DNA from: a virus
Reading direction: 5' to 3' (one strand)
IMG/VR virus record: IMGVR_UViG_3300045988_069980
Length of the DNA stretch: 43,518 nt
A program made the translations under genes and the position numbers. Below the pieces are notes generated by a model. That model was not told the origin of the DNA, ran no database searches, and worked only from the letters and a program-made list of their open reading frames with translations. Below, in pieces: positions 33,745 to 42,779 of the stretch; positions within the stretch are counted from its first letter, which is position 1; each line of letters starts with the position of its first letter.

Positions 33745-34368
33745 ATGCCTAACAGCGGCATTACTTCTGGTACTCCCGCAAAAATCCCTTTCGGGGCTGG
33801 CGTATATTTTCAGGGTGTGACTTACGATGAGAAGGTTGCACCTACGTCTGAGGCTATTCAGGCGGCTATAATCGGGGCTACTCAGGACGGCGGCACGCTG
33901 ACTATCACGCCCGAATTTTTTGCCCCGGAGCTCGATGGGGCAACCGTTGCAATTAAAGAGCTTCAGCAGAAGGTCGGCGAAACTGCACAGATGGAAGTTT
34001 CTATTGCCGAGCTTTCGGCAGAGCTGGCGGCACATCTGGCTATCGGAAAGATCACCGAATCTACCGATAAGAATTATGATGTTGTCACTTCCTCTGAGCT
34101 TCGTGCCGGTCACTTCTATGAGGGCTTCGGCTATTACGGCAAGTTTACGGATGGTAGACCGATTATCATCCTCTTTAAGCACGCGCTTTGCACTTCCGGC
34201 TTCACGACCGAAGCGAAGAACAAAAACAATTCCGTGTTTAAGGGCACTTTTGCTTGCCAGTCCGATATTGCATATGGCACGACCAAACTGCCGTATGCAA
34301 TCTTTATCCGCAAGGCAACCGGCTGGACTGCCGCCACGCCCGAGGACATCACCGAAACTGCATCTTAA
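33745..34368 (+). CDS. Major tail protein
   Basis: 207 aa. Directly upstream of the chaperone pair. Confidence 0.65.
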   Translation: MPNSGITSGTPAKIPFGAGVYFQGVTYDEKVAPTSEAIQAAIIGATQDGGTLTITPEFFAPELDGATVAIKELQQKVGETAQMEVSIAELSAELAAHLAIGKITESTDKNYDVVTSSELRAGHFYEGFGYYGKFTDGRPIIILFKHALCTSGFTTEAKNKNNSVFKGTFACQSDIAYGTTKLPYAIFIRKATGWTAATPEDITETAS

Positions 34369-34393
34369 CAGCCAGAAAGGAATGTAAAAACCG

Positions 34394-34792
34394 ATGAGCA
34401 AAAAGGAAAACATTGAAATGACTGAAGAAGTAACGGAAGAAGTCAAGCCGTATAAGCTGCGCAGCCTGAAGGACAAAGACTTTTATCCCATGCTGGATAT
34501 CATCACGGCTACGCTTCCGGATGATCTTGCGGATGTGTTTGTGCAGCTTGCAACCGGCGAAAAGTCCGTTGACGAAATCGGCGGCATGGTGGTTTACAAA
34601 ATCGCTGTGTCCGTGCTGAAAAACATCAGCGCTATCCCTGATAAAATCTATCCGCTGCTTTCTGACCTGTCCGGCATCCCGGCTGACGAAATCCCTGAAA
34701 TGCCGTTCGGTACTACGCCCAGCATGATCTGGGGCATCATTGCCGATGCGAAGAATGCAAGTTTTTTCAGGGCGCTTTCCAAATTGCTTTAA
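34394..34792 (+). CDS. Tail assembly chaperone (G-like)
   Basis: Acidic 132-aa protein between the major tail protein and the TMP. Contains a slippery site near its 3' end. Confidence 0.75.
   Translation: MSKKENIEMTEEVTEEVKPYKLRSLKDKDFYPMLDIITATLPDDLADVFVQLATGEKSVDEIGGMVVYKIAVSVLKNISAIPDKIYPLLSDLSGIPADEIPEMPFGTTPSMIWGIIADAKNASFFRALSKLL
34762..34768 (+). promoter_or_regulatory. Programmed -1 frameshift heptamer T_TTT_TTC
   Basis: Zero-frame codons are AGT TTT TTC. The -1 frame is open from here (QGAFQIALIGEFKF) into the ORF at 34810..35121. Confidence 0.75.
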
Positions 34793-34809
34793 TCGGTGAA
34801 TTCAAGTTC

Positions 34810-35121
34810 ATGGACATGATATATCACAGATATTCATGTCCTATGGACTTGATGAATTCCTACATCAACCGTGGGCGATTTGGGGAGTTTGTAACGGGAT
34901 TCCTTCAATCGGAATACGACCGCCAAAAAGAGGAAATGGACAAGGACGAAGAAATGAAGCTATGGATTATGTACTGCCACAGCTATTCGGAAGATTCGTT
35001 CCTTGACTGGAAAAAGAAAGTCCTTAGAATCGGCAGCAACGGGCAACGCCAAGGCACGGATGCCGATCTGACGGATAAAGACATTCAAGCGATCTGCGAC
35101 GATTTGTTTGCAGAAGAATAA
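34810..35121 (+). CDS. -1 frame extension of the tail chaperone (T-like part, probably made as a G-T fusion)
   Basis: Start positions are 34394 mod 3 = 2 and 34810 mod 3 = 1. No stop between the slip site and 34810 in the -1 frame. Confidence 0.7.
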   Translation: MDMIYHRYSCPMDLMNSYINRGRFGEFVTGFLQSEYDRQKEEMDKDEEMKLWIMYCHSYSEDSFLDWKKKVLRIGSNGQRQGTDADLTDKDIQAICDDLFAEE

Positions 35122-35184
35122 GAATCTGATAAAAGTTCCTGATGGCTGATGGGCTGACCATTCGGGCATAAAGGGGTTATCCTT

Positions 35185-36921
35185 ATGGAACTTTTCAAAA
35201 TACTTGGCACTATTGCCGTTGATAACGAAAAGGCAAATCAGGCCATAGACGATACAGCGGCAAAAGCCGATAAATCCAGCGGCAAAACTTCGGAATCCTT
35301 CAAGAAAATCGGCAAAGCGGCCGGAACCGTTGCAAAAGGCATTGTCACAACGGGCGCAGCGCTGGGCGGCGCGTGGATTGCCGCCATTGAAGGAACGCGG
35401 GAATACCGGACTGAAATGGGAAAGCTCGACACCGCCTTTGTAACAAACGGCCATTCCACGGATGCGGCCAAAAAGACCTATCAGGATTTACAGGCGGTGC
35501 TTGGCGATACGGATGTATCTGTTGAAGCTGCAAACCATCTTGCGGTGATGACCGATAACGAAAAGGATTTACAGACTTGGACAGACATCTGTACCGGCGT
35601 TTTCACAACGTTCGGCGATTCTCTGCCCATCGAAGGGCTTACCGAAGCGGCCAACGAGACGGCGAAAGTCGGCGAAGTAACCGGCCCGCTTGCGGATGCT
35701 TTGAACTGGGCTGGCATTTCAGAAGATGCGTTTAATGAAAAGCTTGCAAAGTGCTCCACAGAGCAGGAGCGGCAAAAGCTGATAATGGAAACGCTGAACG
35801 GCACATACTCCAAGGCATCCGAACAGTACAAGAAAACCAACAAGGATGTCATGGATGCGAACCGAGCGAATGAGAAGCTAACAAGCGCCTTTGCGGAGCT
35901 TGGCCGGGTCGGAGAACCGATTTTGACCGCTATCAAAACCAAGGTTGCCGAAATGGTGACTGCTGCTGTTCCAAAGCTTGAAGCATTTATCAAGAAGGTC
36001 AAAGACCTGAAAAAATGGATACAGCAAAACAAACAGGCTATCCATAATTGGGCGGCGGTTATTATCGGTGCGACCGTCAGCGTTGGCGCTTTTCTTCTGG
36101 TATTGAAATGGGGCACTATAATGTCTGCCGCTACAAAGGCTATAAAAGGCGTTAGGGCGGCTATTCTGCTGTTTAATGCAGCGCTAAGGGCTAATCCCAT
36201 CGGGCTTGTTGTAAGCCTAATAGCTGGGCTTGTGGCGGCTTTTATCTACCTTTGGAACAACAACAAAGGCTTCCGCGATTTCTGGTTGAAAATGTGGGAG
36301 AAAATCAAGTCTGCGACAGGTTCAGCCGTGAAATGGATAAAAAACAAGTTTAACGATCTGAAAGACGCTGTTGCAAAAGTTAAGGCCACTTTTGAAAGCA
36401 TCAAAAGCGCTATCACAGACAAGATGGACGCTGCAAGGGATAAGGTCAAAGGTGTCGTTGATAAAATCAAGGGGTTCTTCCCCTTGAAAATTGGCAAGAT
36501 ATTCAGCGGCCTGAAAGTGCCTAAAATCAGCGTGTCAGGCGGCAAAGCGCCTTTCGGAATCGCCGGAAAGGGTAAGTTGCCGAATTTTAATGTTAAGTGG
36601 AACGCAGAGGGCGGTATATTTGACAAGCCAACGATTTTCAACACACGCGCGGGCTTTCAGGGTGTTGGTGAAGCTGGAAAAGAAGCCATTGCGCCCATAT
36701 CACTATTACAGGGATATGTCAAGGACGCTGTAAAAAGCGAGAATGACGGCATTATAAACACGCTTATCGACCAAAACCGGATGCTGATGGACTTTCTGTC
36801 ACGGGTCATCCCGAAGTCCATTGAGCTTGATTCCGGTGCGCTTGTGGGGAATCTACTTCCCGCGCTGGATATGGGGCTATCCAATCGGCTTGCCCATGCG
36901 CAGCGAGGGAATACACGTTAG
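35185..36921 (+). CDS. Tape measure protein 1
   Basis: PLADALNWAGISEDAF core. Central hydrophobic segments. C-terminal GVGEAGKEAIAPISLL motif. Confidence 0.8.
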   Translation: MELFKILGTIAVDNEKANQAIDDTAAKADKSSGKTSESFKKIGKAAGTVAKGIVTTGAALGGAWIAAIEGTREYRTEMGKLDTAFVTNGHSTDAAKKTYQDLQAVLGDTDVSVEAANHLAVMTDNEKDLQTWTDICTGVFTTFGDSLPIEGLTEAANETAKVGEVTGPLADALNWAGISEDAFNEKLAKCSTEQERQKLIMETLNGTYSKASEQYKKTNKDVMDANRANEKLTSAFAELGRVGEPILTAIKTKVAEMVTAAVPKLEAFIKKVKDLKKWIQQNKQAIHNWAAVIIGATVSVGAFLLVLKWGTIMSAATKAIKGVRAAILLFNAALRANPIGLVVSLIAGLVAAFIYLWNNNKGFRDFWLKMWEKIKSATGSAVKWIKNKFNDLKDAVAKVKATFESIKSAITDKMDAARDKVKGVVDKIKGFFPLKIGKIFSGLKVPKISVSGGKAPFGIAGKGKLPNFNVKWNAEGGIFDKPTIFNTRAGFQGVGEAGKEAIAPISLLQGYVKDAVKSENDGIINTLIDQNRMLMDFLSRVIPKSIELDSGALVGNLLPALDMGLSNRLAHAQRGNTR

Positions 36922-36981
36922 ACCATCTTTTTGATGGCCTTTTTTTAATATCAAAACCAATGGGAAAGGGGCTGATAACCA

Positions 36982-38646
36982 TTGGAATTGTTTAAGATTT
37001 TTGGAACCATTGCTTTGAAAGGCAAAGACCAATTCAACGGTGACATTGACGAATCTTCCAGCAAAGCCGAAAAATTATCCGGAAAGATCGGGAAAGGTCT
37101 TGTTACGGCCGCGAAACTTGGTGCTGCTGCTATTGGCGCTGCTGCAACGGCTGTCGGAGCACTGACAAAAACCGCACTTAACAACTATGCCGAGTATGAA
37201 CAGCTTGTCGGCGGCGTTGAAACGTTATTCAAGGACAGCGCTGATGTTGTCATGCAGTACGCAAACAACGCCTATAAGACTGCCGGTTTGTCAGCCAATG
37301 ACTACATGGAAACCGTCACAAGCTTTTCTGCTGCACTGTTGCAAAGCTTGGGCGGTGATACGGAAGCAGCGGCGAAGCAAGCTGATCTTGCAATCACTGA
37401 TATGGCTGATAATGCGAATAAAATGGGTACGGATATGGCATCCATTCAGAACGCTTATCAGGGTTTTGCAAAGCAGAATTACACAATGCTGGACAACCTG
37501 AAGCTTGGATATGGCGGCACAAAGGAAGAAATGCAGCGCCTTATTGACGATGCAAATGCCTTGAATGCTGCGCAGGGCAATCTTACGAATTACAGCATTG
37601 ACAGCTATGCCGATATTGTCAGCGCAATCCACGATGTGCAGACGGAAATGGGCATCACTGGAACGACCGCGAAGGAAGCATCAACCACGATTCAGGGAAG
37701 CCTTGCCGCGATGAAATCTGCATGGACAAATTTGCTTACGGGCATCGGCGATGATTCGCAGGATTTGGACAAGCTGATTAACAATTTTGTCGAAAGCACA
37801 GGCACGGCAGCGGAAAACATTCTGCCGAGATTGGATAAAATTATAGTCGGCGTAGGCAAGCTTGCGGAAAGGCTTGCGCCTGTTGTTGCTGCGGCAATAC
37901 CGGGACTTGTAACAACTGTTCTGCCGAAACTTGTGCAGTCTGGTATTTCAATGGTTGGCGCTATCCTGCAAGGGCTTGTGCAGATGCTCCCGCAAATCAT
38001 TCAGTACGGCGTTGATATGGTCATTACCTTGATCGAATCAATATCATCTGACCCAGAAAGTCTTGTCGAAACGGCAATAATGCTTATCGTGACCATCGTT
38101 TCCGGGCTTATTGATGCTTTGCCCAAGCTGATTGCGGCTGCGGCTGAACTTGTGACGGGGCTACTAAGGGCGCTGATTAGTAATGCGCCGAATCTTCTTG
38201 CCGCTGGCCTAAAGCTTGTGGGGAAAATCGCGGAGGGCATTGCAAACAGCCTTGGTGAAATCGTTAAGGCTGGCGCGAAAGTGGTTGATTCCATCATTGA
38301 CGGCATCGCCGGAGCATGGAAAAAGCTAACTGGATGGTTTAAGGGAATCTGGAATGATCTGTTCGGCGGCTTGTCAGCTAATGTTAGCGTAAATGGCAGC
38401 GCCAAAGGTGCAGTTGCAGGTGTTAACGGCTCCCATGCGTCCGGTCTTGACTATGTGCCTTTTGATGGCTACATCGCCGAGCTGCACAAGGGCGAAATGG
38501 TTGTACCGAAACGGGAAGCGCAGACGCTGCGAAACAGCGAAGAAACAGAATACCTTCTGCGACAGATTCTTGACTGCCTGAAATCTTCGCAGACGATCAG
38601 CATCAACAGCCGTGAATTCGGGCGTCTTGTTAGGGGTGTTACGTAA
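36982..38646 (+). CDS. Tape measure protein 2 (paralogous N-terminus, TTG start)
   Basis: MELFKIFGTIA compared with MELFKILGTIA in TMP1. YTMLDNLKLGYGGTKEEMQRL. C-terminal GLDYVPFDGYIAELHKGEMVVP motif. Confidence 0.75.
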   Translation: MELFKIFGTIALKGKDQFNGDIDESSSKAEKLSGKIGKGLVTAAKLGAAAIGAAATAVGALTKTALNNYAEYEQLVGGVETLFKDSADVVMQYANNAYKTAGLSANDYMETVTSFSAALLQSLGGDTEAAAKQADLAITDMADNANKMGTDMASIQNAYQGFAKQNYTMLDNLKLGYGGTKEEMQRLIDDANALNAAQGNLTNYSIDSYADIVSAIHDVQTEMGITGTTAKEASTTIQGSLAAMKSAWTNLLTGIGDDSQDLDKLINNFVESTGTAAENILPRLDKIIVGVGKLAERLAPVVAAAIPGLVTTVLPKLVQSGISMVGAILQGLVQMLPQIIQYGVDMVITLIESISSDPESLVETAIMLIVTIVSGLIDALPKLIAAAAELVTGLLRALISNAPNLLAAGLKLVGKIAEGIANSLGEIVKAGAKVVDSIIDGIAGAWKKLTGWFKGIWNDLFGGLSANVSVNGSAKGAVAGVNGSHASGLDYVPFDGYIAELHKGEMVVPKREAQTLRNSEETEYLLRQILDCLKSSQTISINSREFGRLVRGVT

Positions 38647-39467
38647 TGCTTGAAACAGTAAAATATCAGAATCATTTGGGCGAGGAAATTAACTTTTCCG
38701 AAAACGGCATCTATGTGAAATCATCCGATCTTCATGATTATGCGTGGAATTACACCGAGCGCGGAGGGAAAATCACATCCTTCAAGCGTGACGTTATCAG
38801 CAAAAAAATTGATCTTGCGATTTCGTGTGCGACAGAAGCTGCCGGAATTCAAAAGCGGAACGATTTGGTCGAATGCTTTGAAAAAGATGTCCTTGCAAAA
38901 CAGCCGGGTAAAATTTTCGTCAACGGGTACTATCTGAAGTGCTATGTAACAGCGTCATCGAAGTCTAAGTACTTGGATTCTATGAAAACGATGCTGGTTT
39001 CTTTGGAACTGCTATCTGATGAACCGTTTTGGGTCAAGGAAGTTGAAGCAACCTATGTGCGCGATTCCACTACCAATGAACTTACAGGCATAATCAATCC
39101 ATTGGATCACGAAGCGAATTTCCGTCTTACAATCTTCGGATCAACAACCGAAACAACGATATCTATTGGTGGCGCAATTCATGGCCTTAGTTATGGGCTT
39201 GAAGCTAACACACAATTGGTTATTGATTCGATTACGAAAGAAGTTTACGTACTTAAAAATGGCAAAAAGAATAATGCTTTTAGCGAACGCTATGTTTCTT
39301 ATATAAGCGGTTCAGCCGGTACAATGGTAGGCGGCGTAATAAAAGGCGTGTTGGTAGATGATACTTTCAAGAAAATTCCCAGCGGTAATAGCACAATAGG
39401 CAGAAGTGAATCTTTCCAGTGGTCGTTAATCCTTTACGATGAAAGGAGCGAACCGAAATGGATTTGA
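38646..39467 (+). CDS. Distal tail protein-like (Dit 1)
   Basis: TAATG overlap with TMP2. VNGYYLKCYV pattern. Position fits. Confidence 0.55.
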   Translation: MLETVKYQNHLGEEINFSENGIYVKSSDLHDYAWNYTERGGKITSFKRDVISKKIDLAISCATEAAGIQKRNDLVECFEKDVLAKQPGKIFVNGYYLKCYVTASSKSKYLDSMKTMLVSLELLSDEPFWVKEVEATYVRDSTTNELTGIINPLDHEANFRLTIFGSTTETTISIGGAIHGLSYGLEANTQLVIDSITKEVYVLKNGKKNNAFSERYVSYISGSAGTMVGGVIKGVLVDDTFKKIPSGNSTIGRSESFQWSLILYDERSEPKWI

Positions 39468-40630
39468 TCTATACAAATTCGTCAATGCAAGCTATTGGCG
39501 TAATGAAAGCGTATGATTTAGACCTTGCATTCGGTTCGGATGAAAACGATTTTGAGATAAAGGTTGATGCAAACAATCATTGCTGCGAAGCCGGATACTA
39601 TGTGTACATTATCGGCACAGAGTATGGCGGCGTAATTGATGCGGTAACTTCTGACACCGAAACCGGAGAAGTGACATATACCGGTAGGACATGGCACGGA
39701 ATTCTTAATTCCAAGGTGATTTGCCCCGACGCAGGTCAGGATTACTTAACGTTAAACAGCGAAGCAAACGGTGTCCTTAATTCACTGATTACAAGGATGG
39801 GTTTAACATCGATCTTCACTGTTAATATCTATGCTTCAGACCTTGAAATCAGCAACTATAAAATGCCGCGATATGTCACCGGCTATGACGGAATCATGCA
39901 GATGCTGAAATCCGTGAACGGAAAACTAGTTTTGTCGTTTGACGGGGAAAAGGTAATTTTGTCTGCCGCGCCTATCGCCGATCATACAAAAGATGGTTCC
40001 GTTTCGTCCGATGCGATGTCCTTACAAGTCAAAAAAACATCAAAGAAAATCAATCATCTGATTTGCTTGGGTCAAGGTGAACTGAAAGATAGAACGGTTG
40101 TACATCTTTACGCAGATGCAAGCGGCAGCATAAGCCAAACGCAGACGCTGACAGGCGCTGATGAATACGCGGCTGTCTATGACTATCCCAGTGCGGAAAG
40201 CACGCAAAAGCTGATTGCAGATGGTACGTCAAGACTAGCCGAGCTGCAAAAGCAAGACGATTTATCAGTCAGCTTGAACGAAGCGGAATATGCCTTTGAT
40301 GTCGGCGATGTGGTCGGCGCGGTTGATACCGTCACCGGAATTTCCGTTTCCGTACCTATTACCAAAAAAATCATAAGCATCCGAAATGACTATATGTCCG
40401 TATCTTACGAAACCGCGATCGGGAAGAACGGAGCATCAAGCAGCGGGTCAAGCGGCGGCAGTGGCGGCGGTGGCGGCGGTGGAACGTTTATTAACGTGGA
40501 CGCGGCGCTGTCTCTGACGTCTGCAAATCCAGTCCAAAATAAGGTAGTAACTGCTGCGCTGGATAGCAAAGTAGATGAGGACGAAGAAATGACAATCTTG
40601 GATGTTGTTAATATGTGGAATGATACTTGA
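39458..40630 (+). CDS. Siphovirus Gp37-like tail protein with a Gly run and a fibre motif
   Basis: MDLIYTNSSMQAIGVMKAYDLDLAFGSDENDFE. SSGSSGGSGGGGGGGTF. SANPVQNKVVTAALDSKV. Confidence 0.65.
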   Translation: MDLIYTNSSMQAIGVMKAYDLDLAFGSDENDFEIKVDANNHCCEAGYYVYIIGTEYGGVIDAVTSDTETGEVTYTGRTWHGILNSKVICPDAGQDYLTLNSEANGVLNSLITRMGLTSIFTVNIYASDLEISNYKMPRYVTGYDGIMQMLKSVNGKLVLSFDGEKVILSAAPIADHTKDGSVSSDAMSLQVKKTSKKINHLICLGQGELKDRTVVHLYADASGSISQTQTLTGADEYAAVYDYPSAESTQKLIADGTSRLAELQKQDDLSVSLNEAEYAFDVGDVVGAVDTVTGISVSVPITKKIISIRNDYMSVSYETAIGKNGASSSGSSGGSGGGGGGGTFINVDAALSLTSANPVQNKVVTAALDSKVDEDEEMTILDVVNMWNDT

Positions 40631-40644
40631 CGGGAGGAAAAATT

Positions 40645-41442
40645 ATGGCAACGAAATATGCGGGGCAAAACGCTTTGAACAAGCTGATGCAGTTGGTGAA
40701 AACGGCGCTGAGCGGAAAGCTGGACAAGACAGGCGGGACAATGACCGGCAAGCTGACTGTATCAGGCGCTAATATTGATGTGAAATCGAACAATGCGAAC
40801 GGTGGAAATATATCGGCAGATGGAAATGTATCGGCCGCTAATGGATCACTGACAGCCGGTGTGGCCGTATCCGTGCTAAACGGTAATAATTTTGTAAATC
40901 TGACATGTGCCGGGTCTAACGCAGCAAAAATTGCCGGGGCTGGAGGCAGCTATGCCCGCATGGCTGTAGGCACGCCGACCGGTGACAACGATGCGGCTAC
41001 AAAAGCGTATGTGGACAGCAAGGTCGCGGCCGGTGGCGTGACCGTGGACGCGGCGATGTCGAGCACATCGACGAATCCTGTACAGAACAAGACCGTGAAA
41101 AGCTACGTAGACAACAAGGTATCCGGTTTTCAGACGGCTTCGCAGGTGCAGGACGCGATCAGAAGCGCGGTATCCGGTGTGTACACACCGAAGGGGTCTA
41201 TTGCGTTTGCATCCCTGCCTGTGCCGGTTGCCGGTAAAGTCGGCTGGGTGTACAACATCACGGATGCGTTCACGACGGATAACCATTTTATCGAAGGCGA
41301 GGGACGCGACTACCCTGCCGGGACGAACGTCGTATGTGCGGAAATCAGCGCCGGTGATTACGGCTGGGACGTGCTCGCTGGCACGATCGACCTGACGGAG
41401 CTGACTGCCACCGAGGTGCAGACGCTCTGGGATTCAATTTGA
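40645..41442 (+). CDS. Tail fibre protein A
   Basis: ALNKLMQLVKTALSGKLDKTGGTMTGKLTV. STNPVQNKTVKSYVDNKV. Confidence 0.7.
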   Translation: MATKYAGQNALNKLMQLVKTALSGKLDKTGGTMTGKLTVSGANIDVKSNNANGGNISADGNVSAANGSLTAGVAVSVLNGNNFVNLTCAGSNAAKIAGAGGSYARMAVGTPTGDNDAATKAYVDSKVAAGGVTVDAAMSSTSTNPVQNKTVKSYVDNKVSGFQTASQVQDAIRSAVSGVYTPKGSIAFASLPVPVAGKVGWVYNITDAFTTDNHFIEGEGRDYPAGTNVVCAEISAGDYGWDVLAGTIDLTELTATEVQTLWDSI

Positions 41443-41458
41443 CAGGGGGAAAAATGCT

Positions 41459-42112
41459 ATGCAGACAAGTGGGAGTACAGCAATCAAAAAATTGATACAG
41501 CTCATAAAATCAGCGTTGGCCGGTAAGCTGGACAAGAGCGGCGGGACAATGACCGGCAACCTGTACGGCCGGTATCTCGTTGGCACGTGGCTGCAAACGA
41601 CTGAAACCAGTGACCTTGGTCGGACGCCGGAAAAAATTGCTGTGCTGGACGATGCCGGGTGGCTGTACTATCGAACTCTGGCTGAGATAAAGGCGGACAT
41701 CGGCGCAAGCTCAGGCGGCGGCGCGGATATCAGCACCGTTCTGTCAAAGGTGTACCCGGTCGGCTCCATTTATATGAGCGTAAACAGTGCAAGCCCAGCA
41801 ACACTTTTCGGCGGCACGTGGGTGCAGATCAAGGATAAATTTCTGCTGGCTGCTGGCACGACCTATAAAGCCGGTGCGACCGGAGGCGAGGCCACGCACA
41901 CACTGACAGTGGATGAGATACCGAACCATCAGCACGTCCTGTGGTATCCAAACGAGGGCGGCGAGCAGAGCGCGGCAATCGGCTACCCGGAGGCTGGCAG
42001 CAAAAAAACATGGTATGCCGAGGCAAGCAAAACGGGCGGCGCAGGCGGCGGCGGCGCGCACAACAACATGCCACCGTACTTGTCTGTGTACGTGTGGAGG
42101 CGGACAGCATAA
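41459..42112 (+). CDS. Tail fibre protein B with a tail-collar-like C-terminal domain
   Basis: N-terminus is paralogous to fibre A (AIKKLIQLIKSALAGKLDKSGGTMTGNL). GGEATHTLTVDEIPNHQH...HNNMPPY. Confidence 0.7.
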   Translation: MQTSGSTAIKKLIQLIKSALAGKLDKSGGTMTGNLYGRYLVGTWLQTTETSDLGRTPEKIAVLDDAGWLYYRTLAEIKADIGASSGGGADISTVLSKVYPVGSIYMSVNSASPATLFGGTWVQIKDKFLLAAGTTYKAGATGGEATHTLTVDEIPNHQHVLWYPNEGGEQSAAIGYPEAGSKKTWYAEASKTGGAGGGGAHNNMPPYLSVYVWRRTA

Positions 42113-42130
42113 TTTTATAGGGGGTTAAAA

Positions 42131-42778
42131 ATGAACGGAATCACATTCGGCAATTATCATTCGTATGATGATCTTCACCTGATTCTTGCGTCGAAAGAAA
42201 TCGGTGCGCCAACGGTGAAAACCATGAAGATTGATGTTGCGGGGGCTGATGGGTCACTGGATTTGACTGACTATTTCGGTGAACCTAAGTATGGGAATGT
42301 GATACACAAATTTCAGTTTTCAACAATTGGTTCGCGGTCGGAATTCCTTGCCACATTTTCGGCTGTTAAAAATGCTTTACATGGTAAAAAAATGCGGGTC
42401 ATCCTTGACGATGATTCGCATTTTTTCTATGTGGGGCGGCTTGACGTTTCAAGCTTTACATCGTCCAAGGGCATCGGCAAAATCAACATAGAAGCGGATT
42501 GTGATCCGTACAAGTACAAGGCGGCAAAAACTGTTGTCAGCCGTGCGGTGAATGGTACGGACACAATTGTCCTTACCAACAGCCGGAAACGCGCTGTTCC
42601 GGAAGTGGTGATTGAAGCGGAAAGCAGCTTGAATATCGTGTATCAGGTCGGCAATGTGTGGGATTTGGGCAGCGGTTCATATACGTTGCCCGAATTGGAG
42701 CTTGTAGAGGGTGAAAACGCTGTGACCGTAACCGGCACAGGAAACATCACCTTCACATGGCAGGAAGCAGGGCTGTGA
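42131..42778 (+). CDS. Distal tail protein (Dit 2, Sipho_tail family)
   Basis: MNGITFGNYHSYDDLHLILASKEIGAPTVKTMKIDVAGADGSLDLTDYFGEPKY. Confidence 0.75.
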   Translation: MNGITFGNYHSYDDLHLILASKEIGAPTVKTMKIDVAGADGSLDLTDYFGEPKYGNVIHKFQFSTIGSRSEFLATFSAVKNALHGKKMRVILDDDSHFFYVGRLDVSSFTSSKGIGKINIEADCDPYKYKAAKTVVSRAVNGTDTIVLTNSRKRAVPEVVIEAESSLNIVYQVGNVWDLGSGSYTLPELELVEGENAVTVTGTGNITFTWQEAGL

Positions 42779-42779
42779 T

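Noticed and set aside
39458-42112. Repeated fibre motifs (NPVQNK, GKLDK.GGTMTG) were considered as template/variable repeats of a diversity-generating retroelement.
   Set aside because: There is no reverse transcriptase gene anywhere in the genome. The repeats are diverged at many base types, not only at adenines. They are ordinary paralogous fibre domains.
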